From the NCBI GenBank assembly GCA_028712375.1, contig JAQTQG010000004.1, positions 5,303 through 69,302 of the forward strand: DNA of 64,000 bases, in the 5' to 3' direction. This document shows, in pieces, positions 1-9,237 of the stretch (its first letter is position 1; every line of letters begins with the position of its first letter). The translations under genes and the position numbers were made by a program. The DNA is from Candidatus Omnitrophota bacterium (lineage in GTDB: Bacteria; Omnitrophota; Gorgyraeia; Gygaellales; Profunditerraquicolaceae). The notes under the pieces are model-generated. The model did no database searches and was not told the origin of the DNA. It worked only from the letters and a program-made list of their open reading frames with translations.

Positions 1-2618
1 AAAATGATTTAAATAAAGTTGAATCAACATTAAATGATCAGCTGGCCGCTTTAACTAAGTCTAATCAGGAAACGGAAAACCGCCTGGTTCTTCTGGAAAA
101 GGATAAAGTTTCTTTAAAAGCCCAGCTTTTGCAAACAAATGATAACGCCAGATACGCGGAATTAAAACTGAATAATCAAATCAACGTTTTAGGCAAAGAA
201 GCTACTTCTTTAAAAGAACAGCTCGCCCAGGCAGAAAATAATTTAAAAGATACTAAGGCGCAATTAAGCGGACAGCTGGCAGCTTTAACTAAATCTAAGC
301 AGGAAACCGAAAACAACCTGGTTCTTCTGGAGAAAGAGAGAGATTTTTTAAAAGCCCAGCTTTTACAGGCCGCGGACAATGCCAGGTACGCGGAATTAAA
401 ACTGAACAGCCAAATTGCCGCTTTGAGCAAGGAATCGCTTTCTTTAAAAGAACAACTCACCCGGGCGGAAACTAATTTAAAAAATACTGAATCAGAATTA
501 AACGGCCAACTGACAGTTTTGACTAAATCCAAACAAGAGGTTGATGCCAAGCTTTCCCGCTTAGAAGCCAAGGTTATTCTGCAGGAAAAAGAGGCAGCTT
601 CCTTAAAAGAGCAGCTGGCGGCTTTAGATAAAACCAGGCTTGATTCCGAAAAGCAGCTGAAAGCCGAACTTTCCGGCTTGAGAGAAAAGCGGGCTTCCTT
701 AAGTAAGCAGTTGGCTGAATTGGGGAAAATTAAACTTGATTCAGAAAATAAATTAAGAACAGATATCGAGAGCCTGGAAAAAGAAAGGGCTTCTTTAAAA
801 GAATTGCTTATGCAGGCGGATGAGCGGTTAAAGAAGACAGAAGAAAGGTTAAATGATCAGTTGGCAGTTCTAACTAAATCTAAGTTGGAAACCGAAAGCC
901 GCCTGGCCGCCTTGGAAAAAGAAAAAATTGCTTTAAATAAACAGCTTACGGATTTAACCAAAGCTAAACTTGATTCTGAAAAGGAATTAAAAGGCGATTT
1001 GGATGACTTGCAAGCGGAAAAGAGTTCTTTAAAAGAACAGCTTTCGCAGACAGAGGCCAGCCTAAGGGATACTGATGCCAGATTAAATGAGCAGTTGGCA
1101 TCCTCCGCCCGGTACAAAGAAGAATCCGGCTCAAGAATCAGCCTTTTGGAAAAAGAGAAATACGCTTTGAAAGGGGATCTTTTCCAGGCAGAGAAAGCTG
1201 CCCGGGAAAAAGAAACGGAACTAAGCGATCAGTTGGCAGCTTTGACTAAATCCAAGCAGGAAGTGGAGGCCAGGCTTACTTTGGTGGGCAATGAAAGGAA
1301 TTCTTTAAAAGAGCAAATCGGTGTTTTGGAAAAGGCCAAGCTTGATTCCGAAAATAAAGCCAAGGCGGACCTGGCGATTGCCGCCGAGGAGAAATCTTTA
1401 TTAAAGAGGCAAATCAGCGCTTTGGAAGAAGATAAGCGCGATGCTGAAAATGAGCAGAATAATCTGATCAACTTTTTTAATAAACAGATCAGCGCCCTGG
1501 ATAAAGCTAAAACTGATTCCGAAAATAGATTAAAGGCGGATTTAGCCGCTTTAAGCCGTAAAAGCAAGGAAAGTGAAGATAAGTTAGCTGCGAAAATTTC
1601 TACCTTAACCATCGGCGAAGCTAACTTCAGGTCGGATATTGAACTGTTAAATAAAAGTAAAAAAGAAGCTGAAGATAAAATTAAGGCTTTAAAAGATGAA
1701 GCATCTTCTTTACAGGCGGGGTTTGATGAACAGATTGCTTCTTTAAATACCAGGATCAGCGCGCTTAATGATAAAAACACGGATTTACAGAATGAGCTGC
1801 AGACTAAGACAGAGGTGCTTAATTCTACTATGCGTTCGTCGAGCGAGGCAAAAGCCGGGGTAGAAACGTTGCTGCAGAATGAGATTGCCTCTAATACGGA
1901 AAAAGAACTTAGAATAAAAGAACTGGAAGCCAAAGTGAATGCTTTATTAAAAGAGGCGCCGGCTTATAAGGAACAGCTGGATGCTGTCGATAAAGCCAGG
2001 GAAGACGCAGAGTCAAAAGCGGCTTCCATAATTAAGTCTAAAGAAGATCTGGCTGCGGAATTTAACCGGCAGCTGTCAATACTCAAAGATGAAAAAAGGG
2101 AAGCGGAAATAAAATTAAAAAAGGAACTGATTACTCTTAAAAAAGAAAAAATAGAAATAGAAAGCCACTTAAAAAGCAGGATTGCCGGGTTGGAGAAGGA
2201 ATTAGAGAACAAAAAAATGAATATTGATCTGCCCGTGAATACTCCGGTGGTGATTGAGGAAAATATTGTAATAGATGAAACTGATGCGCAACCGGAGAAA
2301 CTAAAAATAGAGGCTATTGTGATTAAAGAGCCGGGGGCGGAATCTAAGAGCCAGCTGAAGCCGGATAAGAAGGCGGCCGGGAGGATAGTTTCTGGTTCCG
2401 TAATAAGCAAAGATCCGGCAAGCAAGGAAATTTTAGTCGATCTGGTAAAAGCTGATGGCGTGGTTTTAGGCCAGACTCTGGTAGTAGCGCATGAAAATGA
2501 AAAAGTCGCGGAGTTAAAAGTAATTAAGGTTTTGGATAGTTTTACGGTCGCCAGGGCCATATCGGATAGCGATTTTAAAGATATTGAATTGTTTGATAAG
2601 GTTGAGCTTACGCTTTAA
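1..2618 (+). CDS. Large coiled-coil repeat protein, 5'-truncated by window edge. The frame is open from nt 3, and the track start at 129 is an internal TTG.
   Basis: Continuous ORF in the frame of 129..2618, open back to position 3. Heptad-rich, Lys/Glu/Leu-rich translation with a recurring ~78-aa unit (NARYAELKLN..., LAALTKSKQE...). The C-terminal ~150 aa are non-coiled. Confidence 0.6.
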   Translation, partial: NDLNKVESTLNDQLAALTKSNQETENRLVLLEKDKVSLKAQLLQTNDNARYAELKLNNQINVLGKEATSLKEQLAQAENNLKDTKAQLSGQLAALTKSKQETENNLVLLEKERDFLKAQLLQAADNARYAELKLNSQIAALSKESLSLKEQLTRAETNLKNTESELNGQLTVLTKSKQEVDAKLSRLEAKVILQEKEAASLKEQLAALDKTRLDSEKQLKAELSGLREKRASLSKQLAELGKIKLDSENKLRTDIESLEKERASLKELLMQADERLKKTEERLNDQLAVLTKSKLETESRLAALEKEKIALNKQLTDLTKAKLDSEKELKGDLDDLQAEKSSLKEQLSQTEASLRDTDARLNEQLASSARYKEESGSRISLLEKEKYALKGDLFQAEKAAREKETELSDQLAALTKSKQEVEARLTLVGNERNSLKEQIGVLEKAKLDSENKAKADLAIAAEEKSLLKRQISALEEDKRDAENEQNNLINFFNKQISALDKAKTDSENRLKADLAALSRKSKESEDKLAAKISTLTIGEANFRSDIELLNKSKKEAEDKIKALKDEASSLQAGFDEQIASLNTRISALNDKNTDLQNELQTKTEVLNSTMRSSSEAKAGVETLLQNEIASNTEKELRIKELEAKVNALLKEAPAYKEQLDAVDKAREDAESKAASIIKSKEDLAAEFNRQLSILKDEKREAEIKLKKELITLKKEKIEIESHLKSRIAGLEKELENKKMNIDLPVNTPVVIEENIVIDETDAQPEKLKIEAIVIKEPGAESKSQLKPDKKAAGRIVSGSVISKDPASKEILVDLVKADGVVLGQTLVVAHENEKVAELKVIKVLDSFTVARAISDSDFKDIELFDKVELTL

Positions 2619-2647
2619 AGTTAATTAAGTTTATTTAAAATTAAAAT

Positions 2648-2687
2648 GGGCGTTTCCTTTGGTTTATAGAGGAAGCGCCCTTTTTTA
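2648..2687 (+). terminator. Rho-independent terminator after the coiled-coil gene
   Basis: GC-rich hairpin gggcgtttcc...ggaagcgccc followed by a tttttt tract. Confidence 0.5.
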
Positions 2688-2734
2688 GTTAGATTTGTTC
2701 TATCTCTGCGTCAATTGTAAGAGAGAGGATAAAA

Positions 2735-3415
2735 ATGGCTATTAATAATTGGCCTATAGAAGACCGGCCCAGAGAGAAATTAATTAAGTATGGTGAGCAC
2801 GCTTTAAGCAATTCTGAGTTATTGGCGATTATTTTGCGGACAGGCAGAAGCGGACAAAGCGCTTTAGATTTAGCAAGGGCGATCTTAGCCGTTTTTGGTT
2901 CATTCCGCCGGATTGGCCGGGCAGATTTATGCCATTGGAATAAAATAAAAGGTTTAGGCAATGCGAAAATCAGCCAGATTAAAGCCGCGATTGAAATAGC
3001 CAGAAGGTTTAGCGAAGAGAAGCTTAAGGAAAAGCGGGTAAAAATAAAATCCTCAGAAGACATTATTGCTATCCTTATGCCCAGGATGCAGGATTTAACC
3101 AAAGAAATATTTAAGGTTTTGTTTTTGGATTCGCAAAATAGAATAATCGCTATCGCGGAAATAGAGGAGGGCTCAGTGGATCAGGCAAAACCCATCATCA
3201 GGGAGGTGTATCAAAAAGCCCTGCAGAAACAGGCATCGTTTATTATCTGCGTGCATAATCATCCTTCGGGTAGCCCCCGGCCCAGCCGCCAGGATAGGCA
3301 GTTTACCCGGGCTTTAGTGACAGCCGGAGAGAGCTTATCTATAAAATGCCTGGATCATATAATTATCGGAAATGGGCGGTATTTTAGTTTTTCGGATCAG
3401 GGAATTATTCGATAA
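2735..3415 (+). CDS. radC: RadC-like JAB-domain protein (UPF0758/DUF2466), copy 1
   Basis: 226 aa. N-terminal HhH-like LSNSELLAIILRTG and a C-terminal JAMM-type motif HNHPSGSPRPSRQD, typical of RadC. Confidence 0.85.
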   Translation: MAINNWPIEDRPREKLIKYGEHALSNSELLAIILRTGRSGQSALDLARAILAVFGSFRRIGRADLCHWNKIKGLGNAKISQIKAAIEIARRFSEEKLKEKRVKIKSSEDIIAILMPRMQDLTKEIFKVLFLDSQNRIIAIAEIEEGSVDQAKPIIREVYQKALQKQASFIICVHNHPSGSPRPSRQDRQFTRALVTAGESLSIKCLDHIIIGNGRYFSFSDQGIIR

Positions 3416-3626
3416 AATAGCGAAGGGTTTTCTTATAGACCGCCGCGAATTCATTCAGCTGGACGGTGTCCACGCGGCGCTGCCCGGCTTCAATCTTGGA
3501 GACGTAGGATTGTGTCTTGCCTAATTTCTTAGCCACATCTGCCTGTTTAAGCTTAGCGTTTTTACGCGCCTTGATTAAACGGGCGACTAAATCCTGATGC
3601 GCTTTCGTAAAAATCGTTTTATCCAT
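3405..3626 (-). CDS. XRE-family helix-turn-helix transcriptional regulator
   Basis: 73 aa with a KQADVAKKLGKTQSYVSKIEAGQR HTH_3 signature. Convergent with radC and divergent from the S74 gene. Confidence 0.8.
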   Translation of the reverse strand: MDKTIFTKAHQDLVARLIKARKNAKLKQADVAKKLGKTQSYVSKIEAGQRRVDTVQLNEFAAVYKKTLRYFIE

Positions 3627-3668
3627 CTGCTTGACACCTCTTGTTTTTTATGATAACTTGTTTTAGTT

Positions 3669-3689
3669 AATATTCCAAAATGGAATATT
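3669..3689. promoter_or_regulatory. Perfect 9-3-9 palindromic operator AATATTCCA-AAA-TGGAATATT in the divergent intergenic region
   Basis: Exact inverted repeat seen in the sequence between the XRE regulator start (3626) and the S74 gene start (3729). Confidence 0.5.
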
Positions 3690-3728
3690 AGATTTTAGCA
3701 GAAAATCCTAGAGCAGGAGGCTTAAACT

Positions 3729-4787
3729 ATGTCAAATTTAAGGTTTGTGATGATTTTACTTTTATTGTTTTTTCCGGTTTTTATTTTTGCCGAGGAAGTT
3801 ACAATTACTACTTATTATCCTGCGCCTTATGGAGTCTATCGGGAATTAAGAGCTACGCGTATTGCCATCGGAGATAATTATATTCAAAGCGGTACTTATG
3901 ATTGGGAGATTACCGACGGAGATGGAGGGGAGGTTGACTCCCTGGCGGACTTAGTGGTGGAAGGCAATGTTGGTATTGGGACAGCGAGCCCCGGAACGAA
4001 GTTAGAGTTAAAGGGTGGGCATGGGGATACTTTACTAAAGCTTTATTCGATTGGAGACGGTGCTTCTGGTGACGCGACACTTAATTTATGGGCGAGTGAG
4101 CCAGGTTGGACTTATACTGGGGCAGGGATTGGTAATAATATAAATAAAAGCGCTTATTATGGAAGATTGAATACGGCTAGAGGAGCATCTTATATAAGGT
4201 TATTAGATAATGCTATTTATTTTGATACTATTAATAGTGCAGGAGCAGATGTGGTCAATTTATTTCTTTCGGCTGGCAACGTTGGCATCGGCACGACGAG
4301 CCCTACCTATCAATTACAGCTTTCGACAGACTCCGCAGCTAAGCCTTCCACTAATACCTGGACGGTTGCCTCTGATATGCGGATTAAAAAAGATATCCGT
4401 CCCTATACGAACGGCTTAGAAATAATCAAAAAGATCAAGCCAGTTTGGTTTAAATACAATGGTAAGGGCGGATTTGCCCAGGACAACCAGGATCACGTGG
4501 GAGTTGTTGCGCAGGAGATTGTTAAAGCCGCTCCTTATACTATTAATACTTTTCGGGCGAAATTGAATCCTGAAGATAAGGAAGAAACCGAGCTTTTAAA
4601 CTTCAATTCCCATGCTTTAACCTTTGACCTGATTAACGCAGTCAAGGAGTTGGATGGTAAGGTTACCGATCTTGCCCGGGAAAACCAGGAATTAAGAGAA
4701 GCGAATAAATGGTTAAAATCTGCGATTGAAACTTTAAAATCCCAAGTAACCTGCCTGGAAGCAAATATGGCATCGGGATTATTCTAA
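3729..4787 (+). CDS. Secreted tail-fibre-like protein with a Peptidase_S74 (intramolecular chaperone / endosialidase chaperone) C-terminal domain
   Basis: N-terminal signal peptide (MSNLRFVMILLLLFFPVFIFA). Duplicated GNVGIGTxSP...L motif typical of tail-fibre repeats. SDMRIKKDIRPY auto-processing-site-like motif followed by a C-terminal coiled coil. Confidence 0.7.
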   Translation: MSNLRFVMILLLLFFPVFIFAEEVTITTYYPAPYGVYRELRATRIAIGDNYIQSGTYDWEITDGDGGEVDSLADLVVEGNVGIGTASPGTKLELKGGHGDTLLKLYSIGDGASGDATLNLWASEPGWTYTGAGIGNNINKSAYYGRLNTARGASYIRLLDNAIYFDTINSAGADVVNLFLSAGNVGIGTTSPTYQLQLSTDSAAKPSTNTWTVASDMRIKKDIRPYTNGLEIIKKIKPVWFKYNGKGGFAQDNQDHVGVVAQEIVKAAPYTINTFRAKLNPEDKEETELLNFNSHALTFDLINAVKELDGKVTDLARENQELREANKWLKSAIETLKSQVTCLEANMASGLF

Positions 4788-4945
4788 TTTAAAAAAGAAA
4801 ACAGATAAATGTAGAACTTATTAAAAAAAGTATTAGCCCGAGAAGTTATAATTAGGTTTGCGGCAGGCCAAAAAAGATAGAAAATAAATCTGGCCCCATT
4901 ATTGCAGCTGTAAGTTGTAAGTGAGCTTACGGCCATTTTTTTTGT

Positions 4946-4973
4946 TTGCTAAACGGCGTTTTTTTGCTATAAT
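4946..4973 (+). promoter_or_regulatory. Sigma70-like promoter for purB (-35 TTGCTA, 16-nt spacer, -10 TATAAT)
   Basis: Seen in the sequence about 30 nt upstream of the AAGGAG RBS (4991-4996) and the ATG at 5004. Confidence 0.4.
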
Positions 4974-5003
4974 TAAACTCTCAAAAACAAAAGGAGCCCG
5001 ATA

Positions 5004-6296
5004 ATGATTGCTCGATACAGCCTGCCGAAAATGTCCGCGATTTGGCAGGAAGAGTTTAAATTTCAGACCATGTTGGCCATCGAAATCCTGGCTTTAGAGG
5101 CTTACGCTACCAAAAAAATTGTTCCCCTTCAGGCGGTAAAACGCATTAAACAAAAAGCTAAATTCAACATTTCCCAAATCCAAAAAATTGAAGAGAAGAC
5201 ACAACATGATGTTGTGGCTTTTGTTTCCAATGTAGCCCAATATATAGGCAAAGACGCGCAGTATCTGCATATGGGGCTGACCTCTTCCGATATTTTAGAC
5301 ACTACGCTAGGGGTGCAGTTAAAGAGCGCATCTGAAATATTGATCGCAGATTTAGAGCAATTGCTCAAAGTCATCGCCCAGAAAGCCCGCCTTTATAGAG
5401 AGATGGCTTGCATTGGCCGCACACACGGAGTGCATGCTGAACCGACTACTTTTGGTTTGAAGCTGGCACTCTGGTACGATGAAAGCAGAAGAAATTTAGA
5501 CCGGCTTAAACAAGCCAAAGATGGTATATGCCTGGGTAAACTTTCCGGCGCGGTGGGCACATATTCTAACATTGAGCCTTATGTGGAAAGCTATGTTTGT
5601 AAAAAACTCGGGCTTAAGCCGGTAAACATTGCCACGCAGGTTATACAAAGGGATGTATACGCACAATATATGGTTACTTTGGCGGTCATCGGAGCATCCT
5701 TAGAAAAATTCGCTACCGAGATCAGGCATTTGCAGAAAACCGAAGTGCTGGAGGTAGAGGAGCCTTTTGGCAAGGGGCAGAAAGGTTCCAGTGCCATGCC
5801 ACATAAACGTAACCCGGTGATTTGTGAAAGGATTTGCGGCCTGGCCCGTCTTTTACGTTCAAATTCTCTGGTGGCTTTAGAAAATGTGGCGCTCTGGCAT
5901 GAACGGGATATCAGCCATTCTTCCGTGGAGCGGGTGATTTTTCCGGATTCCACTCTGGCTTTAGATTATATGCTGAATAAATTTATCCAGGTAGTTTCGG
6001 GGATGAAGATTTATCCGGAGAATATGCTGGCTAATCTGGCTAAGACGCGCGGATTAATATTTTCGCAGCGGGTTTTAATTGCTTTAATGAATAAAGGGCT
6101 GCCCAGGACCCGCGCTTATGATTTGGTGCAGGCAGCGGCGATGCAGACCTGGAAGGGCATCGGTAATTTTAGAGACAATCTTTTATCTGTCCCGGGAGCA
6201 GCTAAATATTTAACGGTTAAAGAACTGGATAAAATATTTGATTTGGATTATTATTTGCGCAACGTTGATAAGATTTTCCATAAGGTCGGTTTGTAG
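5004..6296 (+). CDS. purB: Adenylosuccinate lyase
   Basis: 430 aa. Fumarate-lyase signature GSSAMPHKRNP and overall PurB-like N-terminus (MIARYSLPKMSAIW). Confidence 0.9.
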   Translation: MIARYSLPKMSAIWQEEFKFQTMLAIEILALEAYATKKIVPLQAVKRIKQKAKFNISQIQKIEEKTQHDVVAFVSNVAQYIGKDAQYLHMGLTSSDILDTTLGVQLKSASEILIADLEQLLKVIAQKARLYREMACIGRTHGVHAEPTTFGLKLALWYDESRRNLDRLKQAKDGICLGKLSGAVGTYSNIEPYVESYVCKKLGLKPVNIATQVIQRDVYAQYMVTLAVIGASLEKFATEIRHLQKTEVLEVEEPFGKGQKGSSAMPHKRNPVICERICGLARLLRSNSLVALENVALWHERDISHSSVERVIFPDSTLALDYMLNKFIQVVSGMKIYPENMLANLAKTRGLIFSQRVLIALMNKGLPRTRAYDLVQAAAMQTWKGIGNFRDNLLSVPGAAKYLTVKELDKIFDLDYYLRNVDKIFHKVGL

Positions 6297-6336
6297 CATT
6301 AACTAACCCTTCCTTTTTTAAGAAACTTCTTTAATT

Positions 6337-9237
6337 ATGCAGTACAAAATCGAAGTAGTAGATAAGCCTGGTATTTTTGATGCTGTGGGCCAGGGTGTAA
6401 GCAGGGATATTGCTGACCTGGGTATTAACGGCGTTAAAGACGTTAAGTTTATCCAGGTTTATATCCTAGACGGCGACCTGGCGCAAGGCCAGGTGACCAG
6501 TATCTGTCAGGAGCTCTTGATCGATAAGGTGGCGCAGGATTACAAGATTTTGCCTGAGGGATCCCTGCCGGCTGCTAAATCCAGCCAGCATGTTGTGGAA
6601 GTCGCGTATAACCCGGGAGTGATGGATCCGGTAGAGGCTTCCGTGTTAAAAGGTATTAAGGATTTAGGGATTGGCGGGGTAGGCTCAGTGAAAACCGCCA
6701 AGAAATATATAATCTCCGGAAAACTTTCCGCGGCACAATTAAGAACCATTTCCGATAAACTCCTCTATAATAAACTTATCCAGCATATTGTTAATCCGCA
6801 AATTACTGAATCAGGCATCAAGCAGCTTCCCGCGTATAATTTTAATCTTGTTACCGTAGATTTATTAAATGCTTCTGATCGCCGGCTTCTGGAGATCAGC
6901 AAAAGAGGCCAGCTTTTCTTGAATTTAAATGAAATGCGCCAGATCCGGGATTATTTCCGTAAACTTAAGCGTAATCCTACGGATTGCGAATTGGAGACTG
7001 TGGCGCAGACCTGGAGTGAACATTGCTATCACAAGACTTTCCGCGGCAATATAACCTATAAAGAAAAATCAGCTACTCCTTGCCTGGGAAACATGGCGAT
7101 TAAAAACCTGCTTAAGTCCACAATTATGAAGGTGACCCGGGAACTGGATAAGAGCTGGTGTGTTTCCGTATTTAAAGATAATGCCGGAGTAATCAAATTT
7201 GATCGAAAAAATAATATTTGTTTTAAGGTCGAGACGCATAATCATCCGTCGGCCCTGGAGCCGTTTGGCGGAGCCAATACCGGTATCGGCGGGGTAATCC
7301 GCGACGCGATGGGCACAGGGCTGGGTGCTAAGCCGATTTTAAACAGCGATATTTTTTGTTTTGCTCCCGTGGATTTGCCGTTTAGCAAAGTTCCTTCCGG
7401 CGCGCTGCACCCTAAGCGGGTGATGAAAGGGGTGGTGAGCGGCGTGCGCGATTATGGCAACAAGATGGGGATTCCTACGGTGAACGGGGCGGTATTGTTC
7501 CATGAAAATTTCGCCGGGAATCCGTTGGTATATTGCGGGACCGCCGGGATTATCCCTAAAGATAAATCTTTTAAACAAACTAATCAAGGTGACCTGGCGG
7601 TGGTGGTGGGAGGAGCAACCGGCCGCGACGGCATACATGGGGCAACTTTTTCCAGCGGTGAATTGACGCATGAATCTGAAACTGTCTCCAGCGGCGCCGT
7701 GCAGATCGGCAATCCTATTCAGGAGAAAAAAGTTTTAGATACAATTCTACAAGCCCGCGATCAGAATTTATATAGCGCGATTACCGATTGCGGAGCCGGA
7801 GGATTATCCAGCGCGATCGGAGAAATGGGCGCGGAATTAGGCGCCCGGGTTTATCTGGATAAAGTGCCTTTAAAATATTCCGGCTTAAGTTACATGGAGA
7901 TTTGGATCTCTGAATCGCAGGAAAGAATGGTTTTATCTGTCCCGCCTAAGAATATTGATAAATTAATCAGCGTGTTTGCGAATGAAAATGTGCAGGCAAC
8001 CGTGATCGGTGAATTTACCGGCACCAAGCGCTTAGAGCTTTATTATCAGGATGAGCTGGTTTGCGATTTAGATATGCAATTTTTGCATGAAGGCATACCG
8101 CAGATTGCCAAGCAAGCCGAATATATTCAAGTTAAGCATCATGAGCCAAAAATTGCGCGGAAAAAAGATTATACCGGCGACTTGCTAAAATTATTAGGGC
8201 ATTTGGATATTTGTTCTAAGGAATGGGTGGTGCGGCAGTATGACCATGAGGTGCAGGGCGGCTCAATCATTAAGCCCCTGGTGGGTATTAAAAACGACGG
8301 GCCGTCTGATGCCAGCGTAACTAAGCCGCTATTTGATTCCAATAAAGGGATTATTATTTCTAACGGTATAAATTTCCGTTTTGGTTTTATTGATCCTTAC
8401 TGGATGGCAGCTGGCTGCATTGATGAGGCTTTGCGCCAAATTATCAGCGTGGGCGGTGCGTTAAAAGAAGTGGCAATTTTGGATAATTTCTGTTGGGGTA
8501 ACCCGGATAAGCCCGACCGTTTAGGCGCTTTAGTGCGCGCGGCTTTTGGTTGCTATGATACGGCAAAAGCATACGGCGTGCCGTTTATTTCGGGTAAAGA
8601 TAGTTTTTATAATGAATTCAGCGTGCGCGGTAAATCTACCCCGATTCCCGGAACACTGCTTATTTCGGCCATTAGCGTAATGGATGATGTAAATAAAGCC
8701 GTTTCCATGTATGCTAAAGAGCCGGGTAATTTGATTTATGTTCTGGGTAATACCCGCGATGAGTTGGGGGGGAGCCATTACTATGATTTGCATAAATCTA
8801 TCGGAAATCAGGTGCCGAAAGTATATCCTCAGGAATCTTTAGCTTTATTTACTGCTTTAAGCAAGGCGTCTGAAAAAGGCCTGGTTAAATCTATTCATGA
8901 TTGTTCCGACGGAGGGCTGGCTGTGGCTTTGGCGGAGATGGCTTTTAGCGGCGGTTTGGGCATGCAGGTATTTTTACAAGAGGTTCCTTACGTTAAATCT
9001 CCCGGGATTAGTAACGAGTCAATTTTATTTTCAGAATCAAATTCGCGTTTTGTGGTGGAAGTAGAAAAAGCCAGGCAGAAAGATTTCGAAAAACAATTAA
9101 AAGGCCGCCCGTTTGGACTGGTGGGATGTTTAACTGCTAAGGCTGATTTTAGAGTGCATGGTTTAGACGGGAAAATCTGCGTGGATGCGGATGTGAGTAA
9201 ATTGAAGGAGGCTTGGAGGGCGCCGTTAAGATGGTAA
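6337..9237 (+). CDS. purL: FGAM synthase subunit PurL with two N-terminal PurS-like domains (PurS-PurS-PurL fusion)
   Basis: 966 aa. PurL core starts near residue ~175 (WSEHCYHKTF, AIR-synthase-like repeats). It is preceded by two ~80-aa PurS-like repeats (MQYKIEVVDKPGIFDAVGQGV... and HVVEVAYNPGVMDPVEASV...). Confidence 0.9.
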   Translation: MQYKIEVVDKPGIFDAVGQGVSRDIADLGINGVKDVKFIQVYILDGDLAQGQVTSICQELLIDKVAQDYKILPEGSLPAAKSSQHVVEVAYNPGVMDPVEASVLKGIKDLGIGGVGSVKTAKKYIISGKLSAAQLRTISDKLLYNKLIQHIVNPQITESGIKQLPAYNFNLVTVDLLNASDRRLLEISKRGQLFLNLNEMRQIRDYFRKLKRNPTDCELETVAQTWSEHCYHKTFRGNITYKEKSATPCLGNMAIKNLLKSTIMKVTRELDKSWCVSVFKDNAGVIKFDRKNNICFKVETHNHPSALEPFGGANTGIGGVIRDAMGTGLGAKPILNSDIFCFAPVDLPFSKVPSGALHPKRVMKGVVSGVRDYGNKMGIPTVNGAVLFHENFAGNPLVYCGTAGIIPKDKSFKQTNQGDLAVVVGGATGRDGIHGATFSSGELTHESETVSSGAVQIGNPIQEKKVLDTILQARDQNLYSAITDCGAGGLSSAIGEMGAELGARVYLDKVPLKYSGLSYMEIWISESQERMVLSVPPKNIDKLISVFANENVQATVIGEFTGTKRLELYYQDELVCDLDMQFLHEGIPQIAKQAEYIQVKHHEPKIARKKDYTGDLLKLLGHLDICSKEWVVRQYDHEVQGGSIIKPLVGIKNDGPSDASVTKPLFDSNKGIIISNGINFRFGFIDPYWMAAGCIDEALRQIISVGGALKEVAILDNFCWGNPDKPDRLGALVRAAFGCYDTAKAYGVPFISGKDSFYNEFSVRGKSTPIPGTLLISAISVMDDVNKAVSMYAKEPGNLIYVLGNTRDELGGSHYYDLHKSIGNQVPKVYPQESLALFTALSKASEKGLVKSIHDCSDGGLAVALAEMAFSGGLGMQVFLQEVPYVKSPGISNESILFSESNSRFVVEVEKARQKDFEKQLKGRPFGLVGCLTAKADFRVHGLDGKICVDADVSKLKEAWRAPLRW

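Noticed and set aside
176-2560. Minus-strand ORFs 176..571, 857..1117, 1229..1933 and 1964..2560 antisense to the coiled-coil gene
   Set aside because: Their products are low-complexity, Ser/Leu/Ala/Phe-rich translations. These are typical of the reverse frame of a Lys/Glu/Leu-rich coiled-coil gene. They have no RBS or motifs.
2689-3102. Minus-strand ORF overlapping radC copy 1. A similar one, 23748..24185, overlaps radC copy 2.
   Set aside because: Fully embedded antisense to well-supported RadC genes. The translations have no recognisable features.
4210-4419. 69-aa ORF inside the S74 tail-fibre-like gene (+ strand, alternate frame)
   Set aside because: Alternate-frame ORF nested inside a confidently called gene. 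Hydrophobic low-complexity product.
4788-5003. Looked for purine, ZTP or other riboswitches upstream of purB, purM (12122-12201), purE and glyA
   Set aside because: No purine-riboswitch or pfl/ZTP consensus elements were recognisable. Only promoter- and terminator-like hairpins are present.
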